A program made the translations under genes and the position numbers. The notes beneath the pieces were generated by a model that saw only the letters and a program-made list of their open reading frames with translations, was not told the DNA's origin and searched no databases. This document shows, in pieces, positions 38,660 through 46,954 of a stretch of 64,000 nucleotides of DNA. Origin of the DNA: an uncultured Azospirillum sp. (lineage in GTDB: Bacteria; Pseudomonadota; Alphaproteobacteria; RF32; CAG-239); assembly GCA_900538765.1 (NCBI GenBank), contig UQAB01000008.1, positions 481 through 64,480 on the forward strand, given 5' to 3'. The number at the start of each line of letters is the position of its first letter. Position 1 is the stretch's first letter.

Positions 38660-38881
38660 GTTACAATAACACCAAGTGGCAGAGTTTGCCGCTGAGGGCG
38701 TCGAAACCCTTTTGTGTATTAGTCGTCAAGCATAATTACGACTTAAAATAAATATATGCTGATATCTGTCTGCTGTGCTAGGGGCGGGTGTCAGCGTTAT
38801 AAGGCTTTGCACGAAAGCGCTGAGCCGTTTTAATACACTACGGTTTCGAACATCCGTCCTCCTTTAAGGAGGATTTTTTTG
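38660..38881 (+). ncRNA. Candidate structured leader RNA or sRNA, copy 2 (unassigned family)
   Basis: TATAAT lies at 38648-38653. The conserved blocks are GCTGAGGGCGTCGAAACCC and GCACGAAAGCGCTGAGCCG...CGGTTTCGAACATCCG. It ends in the terminator TCCTCC-TTTAA-GGAGGA-T8 (38857-38881), 29 nt before the next start codon. Confidence 0.55.
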
Positions 38882-38909
38882 TTTTAACCTTAAAACAAGG
38901 ATGTTCAAC

Positions 38910-39860
38910 ATGAGTATGAACTTTAAATTTTTACTGATAGGGACAAGTTTGTCCTTAATCCCAACTTTAACAAATGCCCAATGTGTTGCGACAACTGATT
39001 GCGCCACTTTGGGATATACCGAAACCTCCTGTCCTGACAGCAAAGGCCTAAAATGCCCATTCGGCAATACCTTTGCCTGTCCGGCAACAGATAAAAGTGT
39101 CTGCGAAAAATATGGCTTCAAATATACCTGTTCCGGTGAAGGTTATGCCGGAGGCGCAGGGCAATCTTGTAATAAACAATATGAAACTTGTTCTTGTGCT
39201 GTCGGTTATGAATGGAAAAACAATAAATGTGAAAAAGAGCCCGGCGCAACTCTTGGACAGTGTACCGGCTATGCCAAAAACTGTAAAATCGGCGATATCT
39301 TAAACAGCGATGGAACCTGTTCTTCTGATAAAGTCAACGGCAAAGCTCCCATTGGTGTCGTGGTTTATATCAGTCAGGATGGTCGTTGCGGACAGGCAAT
39401 GACAGCAAAACCAATTACCAGTACAATATGGAAACCTGAAGAAGTGCAAGCGCCGATGGATGATACAAATGAAAGTGAAGCATTGCAAGATTATGATAGC
39501 TGCGGCAATACAAACATTATCACAAACAGTGGAACGCCTGAAATGTTTCCTGCCGCGTGGGCTGCTAAAACTTATGCCCCTGTTGCCGCGCCGGAAACAA
39601 AAGGAAAATGGTGCTTACCTGCGGCGGGGGTTTTATCTTCAGTTTACTACAAACGCTCAGTCGTTAACAAATCATTCTCAAAAGCAGGAGGTTTGGCAAT
39701 CGTAAATGCTAAAGAAGATCTTTTATCTTCCACTCGTTTTAGTTATGCCGCTATATGGGTATATTGTTCTCTGGATGAGTTTGCCTGCGCTTATGATAAT
39801 GGTCTTAACCCTATGGTTATGAGAGTTGACGGTGCGGTTCGTCCTGTTATTGAATTTTAG
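38910..39860 (+). CDS. Secreted cysteine-rich protein, possibly with a DUF1566-like C-terminal half
   Basis: The signal peptide is FKFLLIGTSLSLIPTLTNAQC. The N-terminal half has about 20 Cys. The C-terminal half contains KGKWCLPAAGVL, reminiscent of the W.LP motif of DUF1566/Lcl-C domains. I chose the ATG at 38910 for its RBS spacing. Confidence 0.5.
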   Translation: MSMNFKFLLIGTSLSLIPTLTNAQCVATTDCATLGYTETSCPDSKGLKCPFGNTFACPATDKSVCEKYGFKYTCSGEGYAGGAGQSCNKQYETCSCAVGYEWKNNKCEKEPGATLGQCTGYAKNCKIGDILNSDGTCSSDKVNGKAPIGVVVYISQDGRCGQAMTAKPITSTIWKPEEVQAPMDDTNESEALQDYDSCGNTNIITNSGTPEMFPAAWAAKTYAPVAAPETKGKWCLPAAGVLSSVYYKRSVVNKSFSKAGGLAIVNAKEDLLSSTRFSYAAIWVYCSLDEFACAYDNGLNPMVMRVDGAVRPVIEF

Positions 39861-39869
39861 GGATTATAA

Positions 39870-39893
39870 AAGGCTCGTAATAACGAGCCTTTA
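39870..39893. terminator. Bidirectional intrinsic terminator
   Basis: A 9-bp stem AAAGGCTCG/CGAGCCTTT with a TAATAA loop lies between convergent genes. Confidence 0.8.
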
Positions 39894-39909
39894 CTAAAAT
39901 CTTTTTATT

Positions 39910-40335
39910 TTAATTAAAAATTCTGGGTGTTTTTTCCGAAAGAGTACCAAGAATAAAAGTTGGTATTTTTATGTCTTCGCTGACGCCGGCGCTTTCTTTG
40001 ACAACTTTGCAGCTGCCGTAAAAAACGGCATTTGGCGTTGTAAGCGGTGCAATGCTCGTAAATTCAAAATACTCGCCCGGTTCCAATGTCGGAATTTCTC
40101 CTTTAAAACCTTGCGTATCGTCACAAAAATTATTGCCTTTAGCATCGGTGATATTCCAATGTTTACCGACCAGGCTGATTTTTTCCGATGAATTGTTTTC
40201 TATGCACAAATAATAGCCGTAAACATATTTTCCGGCGTTGAAAACATCCTTTTCATTTTCATCAAGTTCTACGGTACAAGCTGAAATAACAATATCGTCA
40301 GTCGCTGCTGAAACAAAATTTTCCTCGTTAATCAT
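39910..40335 (-). CDS. apaG: ApaG-like (DUF525) protein
   Basis: YGYYLCIENNSSEKISLVGKHWNITDAKGN...GFKGEIPTLEPGEYFEFTS...FYGSCKV follows the ApaG pattern. Confidence 0.7.
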   Translation of the reverse strand: MINEENFVSAATDDIVISACTVELDENEKDVFNAGKYVYGYYLCIENNSSEKISLVGKHWNITDAKGNNFCDDTQGFKGEIPTLEPGEYFEFTSIAPLTTPNAVFYGSCKVVKESAGVSEDIKIPTFILGTLSEKTPRIFN

Positions 40336-40533
40336 CTCATTTACCTTTTATTAACATTTGCCATACTTAAGATTTAGAAAAGGTGACACTGATTCGCAAC
40401 CAGGCATAAAACTTGTTAACAGTATTATCCCCATCTATTTGTAAATTAAAAAAAACTGTTGATTTTGTTCAAAAAAATGAGTCGAAATTTATTCTCGAGT
40501 CTATAAGAACCCGTTAAAATTCGGGCTCTTAAT

Positions 40534-41466
40534 CTATTGCAATGGCGGAATATTAAGCTGGGCTATTTCACCCGGGCTTATTTTGACATTGGAATAACGC
40601 ATATTTCCGGTTTCAATGACAAATCTTTGCCGTCCGGTAAGCTGGGAGGCTAAATCATAAAAATCCCTTGCATTCAGGTCTTGCCGCTGCGGATTCATAA
40701 TGTAAAGAACACAGCCCTGTGTCTTTTCGGCAATGCCGCACCGCGCGCGTCCTCTAGGCACTTCCGGATTCGCCACAACGCCTTGCAAGCCGTTATTGAC
40801 AATTTCTTGAGTGGAGAAAAATAGTTTAGCCAATGTAAAGCCGATGACAAAGGCCGCAGCAACGGCAATCTGCAAAATCTTTTTTGAAAACATACCGTCT
40901 TGAATCAAAAGACGGGATTCTTCCGCATCGTCATCTAAATCGCTGTCACTGACAAAAGCCGGAGGTTCCTTGTTGACATTTTGTTTAGAGGAAAGCCGGT
41001 CCGGCAAATTCTTCACTTCCGGTTCGTTGTTTTGAACCGGCTCCGGATGTGCTGCCATGTCCGCAATTATATTTTTAATGTCATCCATATCGTCAAAATT
41101 GATGTCTATATCATTTTGAACGGGTTTTGATGACGGCTTTTCTATAGGATTCTGCTGCTTTGTCTGTTGAGATACGGAACGCTGTAGCGCCGGTTGTTGC
41201 GACCGCGGCTGTTGCTGTTGTGGCCGGGAAGCGTTATTGGATGTTGTGTGCGGCATTACCGGCGGCCGCTGAGGTTGCTGAACCTGGCGCGGCGCCTGCT
41301 GAACCGGACGTTGTGAAACCTGAGGCTCTGCCGGATTTTTAGGCATAACCGGGGATAACGGACGCTTAACCAACTTTTTTACCGGCCGTTTGACCTTTTT
41401 AAGTAATGGTTTGCCATTCGGTCCGATTGGCCTCTGCGGAATATTGTTTGAAGTATTGTCAGCCAT
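40534..41466 (-). CDS. Pro/Gln-rich bitopic membrane protein (last gene of the lower operon)
   Basis: The N-terminal roughly 190 aa are Pro/Gln/Lys-rich and lack a signal peptide. One TM segment (ILQIAVAAAFVIGFTLAKLFF) is followed by a roughly 95-aa C-terminal domain. Confidence 0.55.
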   Translation of the reverse strand: MADNTSNNIPQRPIGPNGKPLLKKVKRPVKKLVKRPLSPVMPKNPAEPQVSQRPVQQAPRQVQQPQRPPVMPHTTSNNASRPQQQQPRSQQPALQRSVSQQTKQQNPIEKPSSKPVQNDIDINFDDMDDIKNIIADMAAHPEPVQNNEPEVKNLPDRLSSKQNVNKEPPAFVSDSDLDDDAEESRLLIQDGMFSKKILQIAVAAAFVIGFTLAKLFFSTQEIVNNGLQGVVANPEVPRGRARCGIAEKTQGCVLYIMNPQRQDLNARDFYDLASQLTGRQRFVIETGNMRYSNVKISPGEIAQLNIPPLQ

Positions 41467-41477
41467 TTTTCTGTCCT

Positions 41478-42770
41478 CTATAACTGATTCTGAATATGCT
41501 GAGTTGTTTTAGCTGTACGGATAATTCTTGGAACAACAAACACGATTGTTTCTGATTTAGGTTGTTTGCTGCCGAAAATTTCATTCGGCAAACCGATTAT
41601 CATAAAGTTTTCCCCCAGCTTGCTGCGAACGTCAAATTGTGAAATTTCGCCGTTTGTCGTATCCAAAGAAAAATGGGAAAAAATCCAGTTGTTTTTTTCC
41701 AAAGAAGCTTTGGCGGTAATTGACAGGTCTGCTTCTATAGCTTGCTTACTGCCGCATTTGCCGACGTCAAAACGCGAGAACCACAGGTTGGGTACAACAA
41801 AACGGCCTTCCGAAACCGGAACAATCGTTGCCTGGCTGCCGAGAAAACGCCGCAGGCTTCCGATATTCAAATCGTTTGACGACGTTAATACGCGGCCGAT
41901 AACGCCGGCCTGAGCCGTATTAACCGTGCTGAAATCAAACTCGTCCAGAATAGACTGCCAGTTAATATCCTGATTGATGTTTGTCGGATATATCCGGAAA
42001 ACACTAACGTCATAGGCGATTAATGTCGGATTATCTTTGAAATAATCAATCAAATCCACAATTTTGTTTTTTGTTTCATAATCCGACGTAAAAGTAATGG
42101 AATAATCCCCCCAGTCAGCGCTGATATCCGTAATGCCTGACCCTCTGATAACATCAAGCAGGCCAAGCATAATCGGCCGTGAATGCGGAACATATAATGT
42201 AAAATTCGCCCGGCGGGAAATCCGCATGACTTTTCTGTCGGCGTCATAAGAATAAAAAATCTCAGCCGCATCTGTAATCATTTTGACAACTTCGGAAAAT
42301 TCCCCACGCAGATTTTCGCCTGAAATGCTGGCATATGGCGCATCTCTTGCAATCAGATGAATACCTGCTTCTTTATCAAGCTTCAGCAAGGCTTTTTCCG
42401 CAGGCATGGACTTAAATGAAAAACCGTTCACTTCATAACGCGGTAATATGTCGTTAACGCCGTTGCGGACAAGATTAAAAGCCGTCATATTGTACGGAAC
42501 GGCGGCAATTAATTCCTGCTTGTTCCAGCTGACCCTGCAACGTAACGGCGTTTCCAAATCAAGTTCTCTGGCACCTTTGGTTGTTTTTATGATGTCAGGG
42601 TCATGTTGCATGATAAAATCAATGTCTTCGCTGCCAAAATTTTCGGCTGCCGAAACCCCGGCCTGGTTCGGCAAGGAATCAATCGTGCCGAAATCCGATC
42701 CGCCGCAACTGCCGAGAACAAGCAGAAAACCTGCCGTCAAAAGAGGTGTTAAACGCATAAAAATCTTCAT
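41478..42770 (-). CDS. Secretin-like outer-membrane lipoprotein (degenerate)
   Basis: The lipobox is LVLGSCGG. A beta-rich C-terminal half ends in SETIVFVVPRIIR, like the ...LLIFITPRI.. end of secretins. DVSVFRIYP resembles the start of a secretin core. Confidence 0.4.
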   Translation of the reverse strand: MKIFMRLTPLLTAGFLLVLGSCGGSDFGTIDSLPNQAGVSAAENFGSEDIDFIMQHDPDIIKTTKGARELDLETPLRCRVSWNKQELIAAVPYNMTAFNLVRNGVNDILPRYEVNGFSFKSMPAEKALLKLDKEAGIHLIARDAPYASISGENLRGEFSEVVKMITDAAEIFYSYDADRKVMRISRRANFTLYVPHSRPIMLGLLDVIRGSGITDISADWGDYSITFTSDYETKNKIVDLIDYFKDNPTLIAYDVSVFRIYPTNINQDINWQSILDEFDFSTVNTAQAGVIGRVLTSSNDLNIGSLRRFLGSQATIVPVSEGRFVVPNLWFSRFDVGKCGSKQAIEADLSITAKASLEKNNWIFSHFSLDTTNGEISQFDVRSKLGENFMIIGLPNEIFGSKQPKSETIVFVVPRIIRTAKTTQHIQNQL

Positions 42771-43288
42771 TACGCCTGTTTATCCTTATCTATAAATACC
42801 GGAGCGTCTTGAGATGCGCTCTGCCCGCCGTCAGCCAAAAGTTTATCCATAAGCTGGTCGATGTTCATACCGGCGCCGACTGTCGGGTCATCGGCTTTTG
42901 TCGGAACGGCGCCTAAAGCTTCTTTCATCTTTTGAATTTCGGAAGCATCTTCTTTAATCATATCGGGAGAAGAATTGTTTTGCAACTCTTGCTGATATTC
43001 TTTCAGGCTTTTGTGAAAAGCCGCCATGCCGCCTTTAATTTTTTGCTCGACATAAGGATAAAGCTCGCGGTGCTTCATTATATATTCGCCGACATCGCTG
43101 ATTTCTTCAAGAACGTCTAAAATATAACCATAATACGGATATTCTTCCATGGCAATATTTCCCATACGGACGCAGCGTGCGGCAATACGGGAGATTGTGC
43201 GGTCATAGTAGTCCTTCAAAAGAATAAAATTATTCAGATACCACAGGGATTCTTTGCTGACCGGCGGCAGATTATGATTAGTTTCCAT
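42770..43288 (-). CDS. Hypothetical soluble protein
   Basis: 172 aa with no TM segment. Its stop overlaps the next start by 1 nt. The SD sequence lies in a hairpin (see findings). Confidence 0.5.
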   Translation of the reverse strand: METNHNLPPVSKESLWYLNNFILLKDYYDRTISRIAARCVRMGNIAMEEYPYYGYILDVLEEISDVGEYIMKHRELYPYVEQKIKGGMAAFHKSLKEYQQELQNNSSPDMIKEDASEIQKMKEALGAVPTKADDPTVGAGMNIDQLMDKLLADGGQSASQDAPVFIDKDKQA

Positions 43289-43402
43289 AAAACGGCTCCT
43301 TTACATCTTATCTTAATGTAAAGGAGGCATAAGCGTTTGTAAATTCTTTTGTTTATGCTTTTACACAGTATTTGTAGCGGAGAAAAGCGGAGGCCCGTAT
43401 AT

Positions 43403-45826
43403 TTATGACGGCATGGCAAAGGGATCATCGTCAGCGGCGGTGGATAATCCCGAAATTTTAAATTCAGGCATATCTTCTTTTTGAAGTTTGTTAATACCGC
43501 CGATTTCCGCAAACGGCGCCGCAACATTCTGAGAAGTCGGAGATGCTTCTCTGGCCTTTGCAATGTTGAATTCTTCGTTATTGTTGTCCGCCGGAATTTT
43601 CTGAATCTGTAACGGCTCCGCCCGGACTGAATCCGCTGTTGAAATATCATCATTGCTTTCTGCTTCGCCAGTTGTTGTTTGAGCCGCTTCTTCAGTATTG
43701 GAAACAACCGCGGAAGGGGGAAGTTCCTCTCCGGCCGCGATATCTTCTGCCGGAATATTTTCCTCATAAAAAGTTTCGGAAAAGTCCTGAGATGTTTCAG
43801 GGGCAAAATCCTGGATGGTATCTTCTGCATAAGTGTCAAAAGTGCTTTCTTCAGCATAGCCGCTGTTATCGGCCTGCTGGCTGTCATCTTCGACATATTC
43901 CCATTCCCACTCCTGGCCGTCTTCGGAACTGCCGTCGTCTTCGACATATTCCCACGTCCATTCTTGACCATCGGCAGAAGCCGTTTCATTATAATACTCT
44001 ACTTCATTGGTACTTTCCTGCATATATGTATCAACCGGAATATCCTGCTCCTGAGGGGGATAAGAAGCGAAAGCTGTATTATCGACAGGCATAGGCTGAA
44101 CCGTTTGTGAAGCCGATGCCGGAGTGAAGCCCCAACCGAAATCATCATCCTGTTGATCCTGAATATCATCCGGGATACTCATAATCGGGGATGAAAACAA
44201 AGGATTGGAGGCTTTGGACTGGAACGGTGTTGTGGCCGCCCTCTGAAATCCGCTTGGCATTGGCTGAGACACTGGCTGCATCTGAGAAAAAACAGGATTG
44301 ACCGCGGGCTGTTGCACTTGCTGTTGAGATAAAGATGAAAAAGGTATATCCTGAGGTTGTGATACCTGTTCTGCACTTGGCTGGAGAACGCCGGAATCCT
44401 GTTGCGGTGCTGTTGGCTGGGGCGTTTCCTGCCGGAAAGCATTGTCTTCGCTTTTATTTTTATTTTTCTTCTTTTTTTTCTTTTTCTTTTTGATGGTTTC
44501 TTCTTTTTCTGCCGCAGCTTTCTTTTCATCCCCGTCAATATCGGCAAATAAATCATCGGCAGTCAAAACGCCGTCGTCTTCCGGTTCATTTTCTTCATCG
44601 GTTGGAGCATCTTCTTTGATTTCTTCCAAATCTGCCGGCGCTGCCGCTTGCGGTTGTTCCTCCAAAGGCGCCTCCTCTGATTGAGGCTGTGAAGCCGGTA
44701 TCGGAGCATCCTGCCCCGGCAGCAGAACCGGAGCCGGAACCCCGTTTTCTAAATCGGAGTCAAGGCTTTCGAGGTTAAGGTCGTCATTAATCGTCTTGCA
44801 CCCGGACATCTGGATGCTTTTGGAAACGTCAAGCAACGCTTTTTGCAATTCGGTCTGCATTTCCAGAATTTTCATATTTTCCTGCTGGAAAGTTTGCAGA
44901 ACGTCAATAATCATCTGCGTTGAATTCATATTGCTTTCTTTGAGAACTGTCGCTAAGACATTTTCCAGTTTGTCTGACTGGAAAGAAGACATCTCTTTCA
45001 GCATTTCGGTAGACGGCATAACAGAACCTTTGCCTTCGCTGTCAACAGAAGCCACCGCAGCCATTGACATTTCGACAACTTTTGAATTTGAAGCACTGAG
45101 CATTTCAGCGACTTTTTTCTGAGATTCGCCGATAATCTCCGCCAGTTCCCGATTCCCGGCGTGCTGGGCTTCGGCATTCGTTTTAAGTGCCTGAGTGATA
45201 ATTTGAACCAGATCTTCTTTTAAGGATTCGTCTGCAACGATTTTCAACGGGCCGGATAAAGCAGCGTTGCCTGATCCTATTTTTCGTTCAATTGACTGCT
45301 GGATTTTATTCAGTGTTTCAGCCGGAAGTTTTGATAGGTCAATCCCCTGAGCATCTTTAATTTCTTCAACGTCCCGTTTCAGGTTATTCATTTCCCGACG
45401 CAGTTGAGAGGCGACATTGTCTATTTCCTGCATGTTTGCCGCAGGAGCTGCCTGCGGGCGGATTTGCGACTGTGCTTCCGCTAAGGCACTGGCTAAAATC
45501 TTGGCTTTTGAAATTTCATCGCTGATTTCCGGAGTGTTTGCGACAACAGTGGCCTGTGTCTTTTCCATTCCGGCATTTTGCTCCAGATTGTTGACATATT
45601 CCTGAAGAACGGAACCGCCCGGAAGAGAAGCAAACATCCCTTTGACCGAAGCCGGCTGTTTCAAAAGCAACTCATCAAATTCTTTACGTTTTGCCGCGGT
45701 GAAAATATGCAGCTGCCTGAAAATATTTAAAAAACGCTGTGCCGCAATCACAGGGTCTTCTTCACCGCCGTGTTTGTTAAATATTTGCGTAAATTCCGCG
45801 CCTTTTTCTAAGTCACTTTCAGCCAA
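43403..45826 (-). CDS. Large acidic repeat-containing protein (807 aa), TTG start
   Basis: It has no signal peptide or TM segment. It has coiled-coil-like Ala/Glu/Gln regions, a Lys9 run, and a Gln/Pro-rich and Asp/Glu-rich C-terminal half with the duplicated DGQEW.WEYVEDD. Confidence 0.55.
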   Translation of the reverse strand: MAESDLEKGAEFTQIFNKHGGEEDPVIAAQRFLNIFRQLHIFTAAKRKEFDELLLKQPASVKGMFASLPGGSVLQEYVNNLEQNAGMEKTQATVVANTPEISDEISKAKILASALAEAQSQIRPQAAPAANMQEIDNVASQLRREMNNLKRDVEEIKDAQGIDLSKLPAETLNKIQQSIERKIGSGNAALSGPLKIVADESLKEDLVQIITQALKTNAEAQHAGNRELAEIIGESQKKVAEMLSASNSKVVEMSMAAVASVDSEGKGSVMPSTEMLKEMSSFQSDKLENVLATVLKESNMNSTQMIIDVLQTFQQENMKILEMQTELQKALLDVSKSIQMSGCKTINDDLNLESLDSDLENGVPAPVLLPGQDAPIPASQPQSEEAPLEEQPQAAAPADLEEIKEDAPTDEENEPEDDGVLTADDLFADIDGDEKKAAAEKEETIKKKKKKKKKNKNKSEDNAFRQETPQPTAPQQDSGVLQPSAEQVSQPQDIPFSSLSQQQVQQPAVNPVFSQMQPVSQPMPSGFQRAATTPFQSKASNPLFSSPIMSIPDDIQDQQDDDFGWGFTPASASQTVQPMPVDNTAFASYPPQEQDIPVDTYMQESTNEVEYYNETASADGQEWTWEYVEDDGSSEDGQEWEWEYVEDDSQQADNSGYAEESTFDTYAEDTIQDFAPETSQDFSETFYEENIPAEDIAAGEELPPSAVVSNTEEAAQTTTGEAESNDDISTADSVRAEPLQIQKIPADNNNEEFNIAKAREASPTSQNVAAPFAEIGGINKLQKEDMPEFKISGLSTAADDDPFAMPS

Positions 45827-45940
45827 CTTTTTGCCTGTCTTTTTTACTAATTCCGTGTAACTTTACACCCACATTCACTTCAAGATAGTCTATATTATAA
45901 TTAATGTCGTAAATTTCAGGTTAACAAAATGGCGTATAAT

Positions 45941-45972
45941 AAAAAAAACTCCGTTAGAAACGGAGTTTTTTT
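45941..45972. terminator. Intrinsic terminator after the regulator gene
   Basis: A 7-bp stem ACTCCGT/ACGGAGT is flanked by A7 and T6. Confidence 0.8.
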
Positions 45973-45982
45973 ATTTAAGAAT

Positions 45983-46954
45983 TTACAGATTAATGGCAAC
46001 AATCTTATGAATTTTATTCAAATCGTCATTACCGATTTCTATCCTTTCGTCAGGATTCCATCTTAAGCCGTACAATTTCCCGTCTTCGTCTTCACGAATG
46101 CTGAGTATTTTAGCCTCATTGGGGGCGGAATAATAAACGGCAATGTCGCCGACGCTGACAACATCGCTGGGGTCGGCAAACAAAATAGAACGTGTCGGCA
46201 ACAGGCTGCCCAGTCTTCTGGTGCACAAATTAATGGCGTAAACATCTTTTTTGCTGATGAGCTGCGGCGGGCAATCAACTTTTTTCAATTCGTTTTCCAT
46301 ATCAATGATAATGTCTCCGTCTTTTCCGGCAGTTCCGTATACAGAAACTTTCGGACATTCCTGAGCGGAAACGGTAAAGGAGGAGATAGCGCCGCGCGGC
46401 GTAGAAAGAAGCTTATATTTGGCATCGTTTCTCTGAATGATTTCTTCAAGCATACCTTTATCGTCAAGGCTTTTGATTTCTTCTTTCAAGTCTTCCGGTG
46501 TCATATCCAAGGCTTTGGAGATATTTTTAAATTCCTTGTCGGAAACTTCTCTCTGTCCCATTTCGATACGGTGGTAAACGGACAATGTCATGTCAGAACT
46601 TTCGGCAACTTCAATCAACGTCAGATTCTTTTCGTTGCGGATTTGTCTTAAACCGGCGCCAAGCGTCTTCAAACCGCTTTTTTCGTTGATTTTGTTTCTT
46701 CTTTCCTGTTCTCTGCGCCAGGATTGAACGACCTCGACCTGAGAATTCTGTTCGTTAACAAACAAATCCTGCAACGGACAGTCTAAGAATTCTGCAACAC
46801 GGACCAGCTGTTCCTGATCAACTCTCCGATAACCTTTTTCAATTTTTGAAATTGCGGAAAGGCTGACAGCCAGATGATCTGCCAACTCCTGCATTGAACG
46901 GCCGCGAAGTCTTCTGTACATTCTGATTTGGTTGGGGAAAATAATTTCTTCCAT
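45983..46954 (-). CDS. Transcriptional regulator with two XRE-type HTH domains and an S24 (LexA/CI)-like C-terminal domain
   Basis: HTH 1 reads IRMYRRLRGRSMQELADHLAVSLSAISKIEKG. HTH 2 reads LRQIRNEKNLTLIEVAESSDMTLSVYHRIEMG. The C-terminus LGSLLP...VGDIAVYY...AKILSI follows the G-S-x-x-P ... K layout of S24 peptidases. Confidence 0.65.
   Translation of the reverse strand: MEEIIFPNQIRMYRRLRGRSMQELADHLAVSLSAISKIEKGYRRVDQEQLVRVAEFLDCPLQDLFVNEQNSQVEVVQSWRREQERRNKINEKSGLKTLGAGLRQIRNEKNLTLIEVAESSDMTLSVYHRIEMGQREVSDKEFKNISKALDMTPEDLKEEIKSLDDKGMLEEIIQRNDAKYKLLSTPRGAISSFTVSAQECPKVSVYGTAGKDGDIIIDMENELKKVDCPPQLISKKDVYAINLCTRRLGSLLPTRSILFADPSDVVSVGDIAVYYSAPNEAKILSIREDEDGKLYGLRWNPDERIEIGNDDLNKIHKIVAINL

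Noticed and set aside
38691-38710. Possible TPP riboswitch, because of GCTGAGGGC...ACCC resembling the CUGAGA/ACCC elements
   Set aside because: Copy 1 reads GCTCAGGG at the same place, which breaks CUGAGA. The pyrophosphate-sensing half (ACCUGAU...GCGUAGGGA) is absent in both copies.
38910-39860. Diversity-generating retroelement target, given a Cys-rich secreted protein with a lectin-like C-terminus
   Set aside because: The window has no reverse transcriptase gene, and I could find no template-repeat copy of the 3' end.
43234-43989. 251-aa Lys/Arg-rich ORF overlapping the 3' end of the 807-aa gene
   Set aside because: It is an alternative-frame reading of the acidic repeat region. It has no RBS, extreme low complexity, and runs across the intergenic hairpin and into the start of the 172-aa gene (42770..43288).
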